Virus record (IMG/VR): IMGVR_UViG_3300033434_000009
Span: 1 to 43,344 of that record
Source of the DNA: a virus
Taxonomy: Duplodnaviria > Caudoviricetes
Length of the DNA: 43,344 nt
Direction: 5' to 3' (one strand)
In this document: positions 42,953 through 43,344 of the stretch, piece by piece
How positions within the stretch are numbered: the stretch's first letter is position 1
How the letters are laid out: each line of letters opens with the position of its first letter
Program-made: the position numbers and the translations under genes
The notes under the pieces: generated by a model
Told to the model about the DNA's origin: nothing
The model's database searches: none
The model's input: only the letters and a program-made list of their open reading frames with translations

Positions 42953-43321
42953 CTAAAATGGTGCTTCTTCTGGATACGATTCCCCGCCAAAACCGTGGTT
43001 GTCTTGATTATTAAATCGTATATCCTTCCCGATACAATCCGCGATCACTGTTACTTTTCTTCGTTTTTGTCCGTCTTGCTGTTCCCACTTTTCAACCGTT
43101 AACCTTCCTGCCACTATGATGTTATCGCCTTTCCTAACCTCATTTCCCAAAGCCTCGGCAAGTTCCTTAAACGCCTTTACATCGTAGCTGTCATATTTGG
43201 CTTTTCCATCAGAATCTTTTCCTTTGTACACTGAAACGCTTACGGTTGTTATTGTCATTCCACTTTGAGTTATTTTTGTTTCAGGATCCCAAGCCTTTCC
43301 GTTTATCACAACTTGATTCAT
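42953..43321 (-). CDS. ssb: Single-stranded DNA-binding protein
   Basis: MNQVVINGK...KGDNIIVAGRL...WEQQDGQKR; acidic EEAPF tail. Confidence 0.93.
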   Translation of the reverse strand: MNQVVINGKAWDPETKITQSGMTITTVSVSVYKGKDSDGKAKYDSYDVKAFKELAEALGNEVRKGDNIIVAGRLTVEKWEQQDGQKRRKVTVIADCIGKDIRFNNQDNHGFGGESYPEEAPF

Positions 43322-43344
43322 GCGCTCACCGCTTTCTTTTGGCA
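43218..43344. repeat. Terminal direct repeat, copy 2
   Basis: Identical to 1-127. Confidence 0.97.

Overview
The window is a complete, circularly permuted genome of a temperate tailed phage of about 43.2 kb. Bases 1-127 recur exactly at 43218-43344, which is typical of an assembler overlap. The virion genes follow the BPP-1/T7-like podovirus plan: portal, scaffold, major capsid, Bbp16-like cement, tail tube A and B, three internal virion proteins and a tail fibre. These are paired with a PBSX-type terminase. Firmicutes-type lysogeny and replication modules are also present: large serine integrase, ImmR/ImmA-like repressor plus metallopeptidase, Cro, KilA-N, Erf, SSB, replication initiator with G39P-like loader, YopX and a RinA-like late activator. 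A Firmicutes host is well supported; Negativicutes is a weaker inference. Almost everything is on the minus strand. The most interesting signals are missing from the ORF track. (1) A complete candidate type I toxin-antitoxin locus (30-aa hydrophobic peptide plus fully overlapping antisense RNA) sits directly before the integrase. (2) Three short plus-strand promoter-to-terminator units, probably antisense sRNAs, are embedded in the early lytic operon. (3) A five-hairpin, terminator-ending leader follows the late promoter. (4) An identical 17-bp RBS/start junction precedes three consecutive accessory genes. (5) The lysis cassette is unusually elaborate and has no recognisable spanin lipoprotein. 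Protein family calls come from motif recognition and synteny only; no searches were run.
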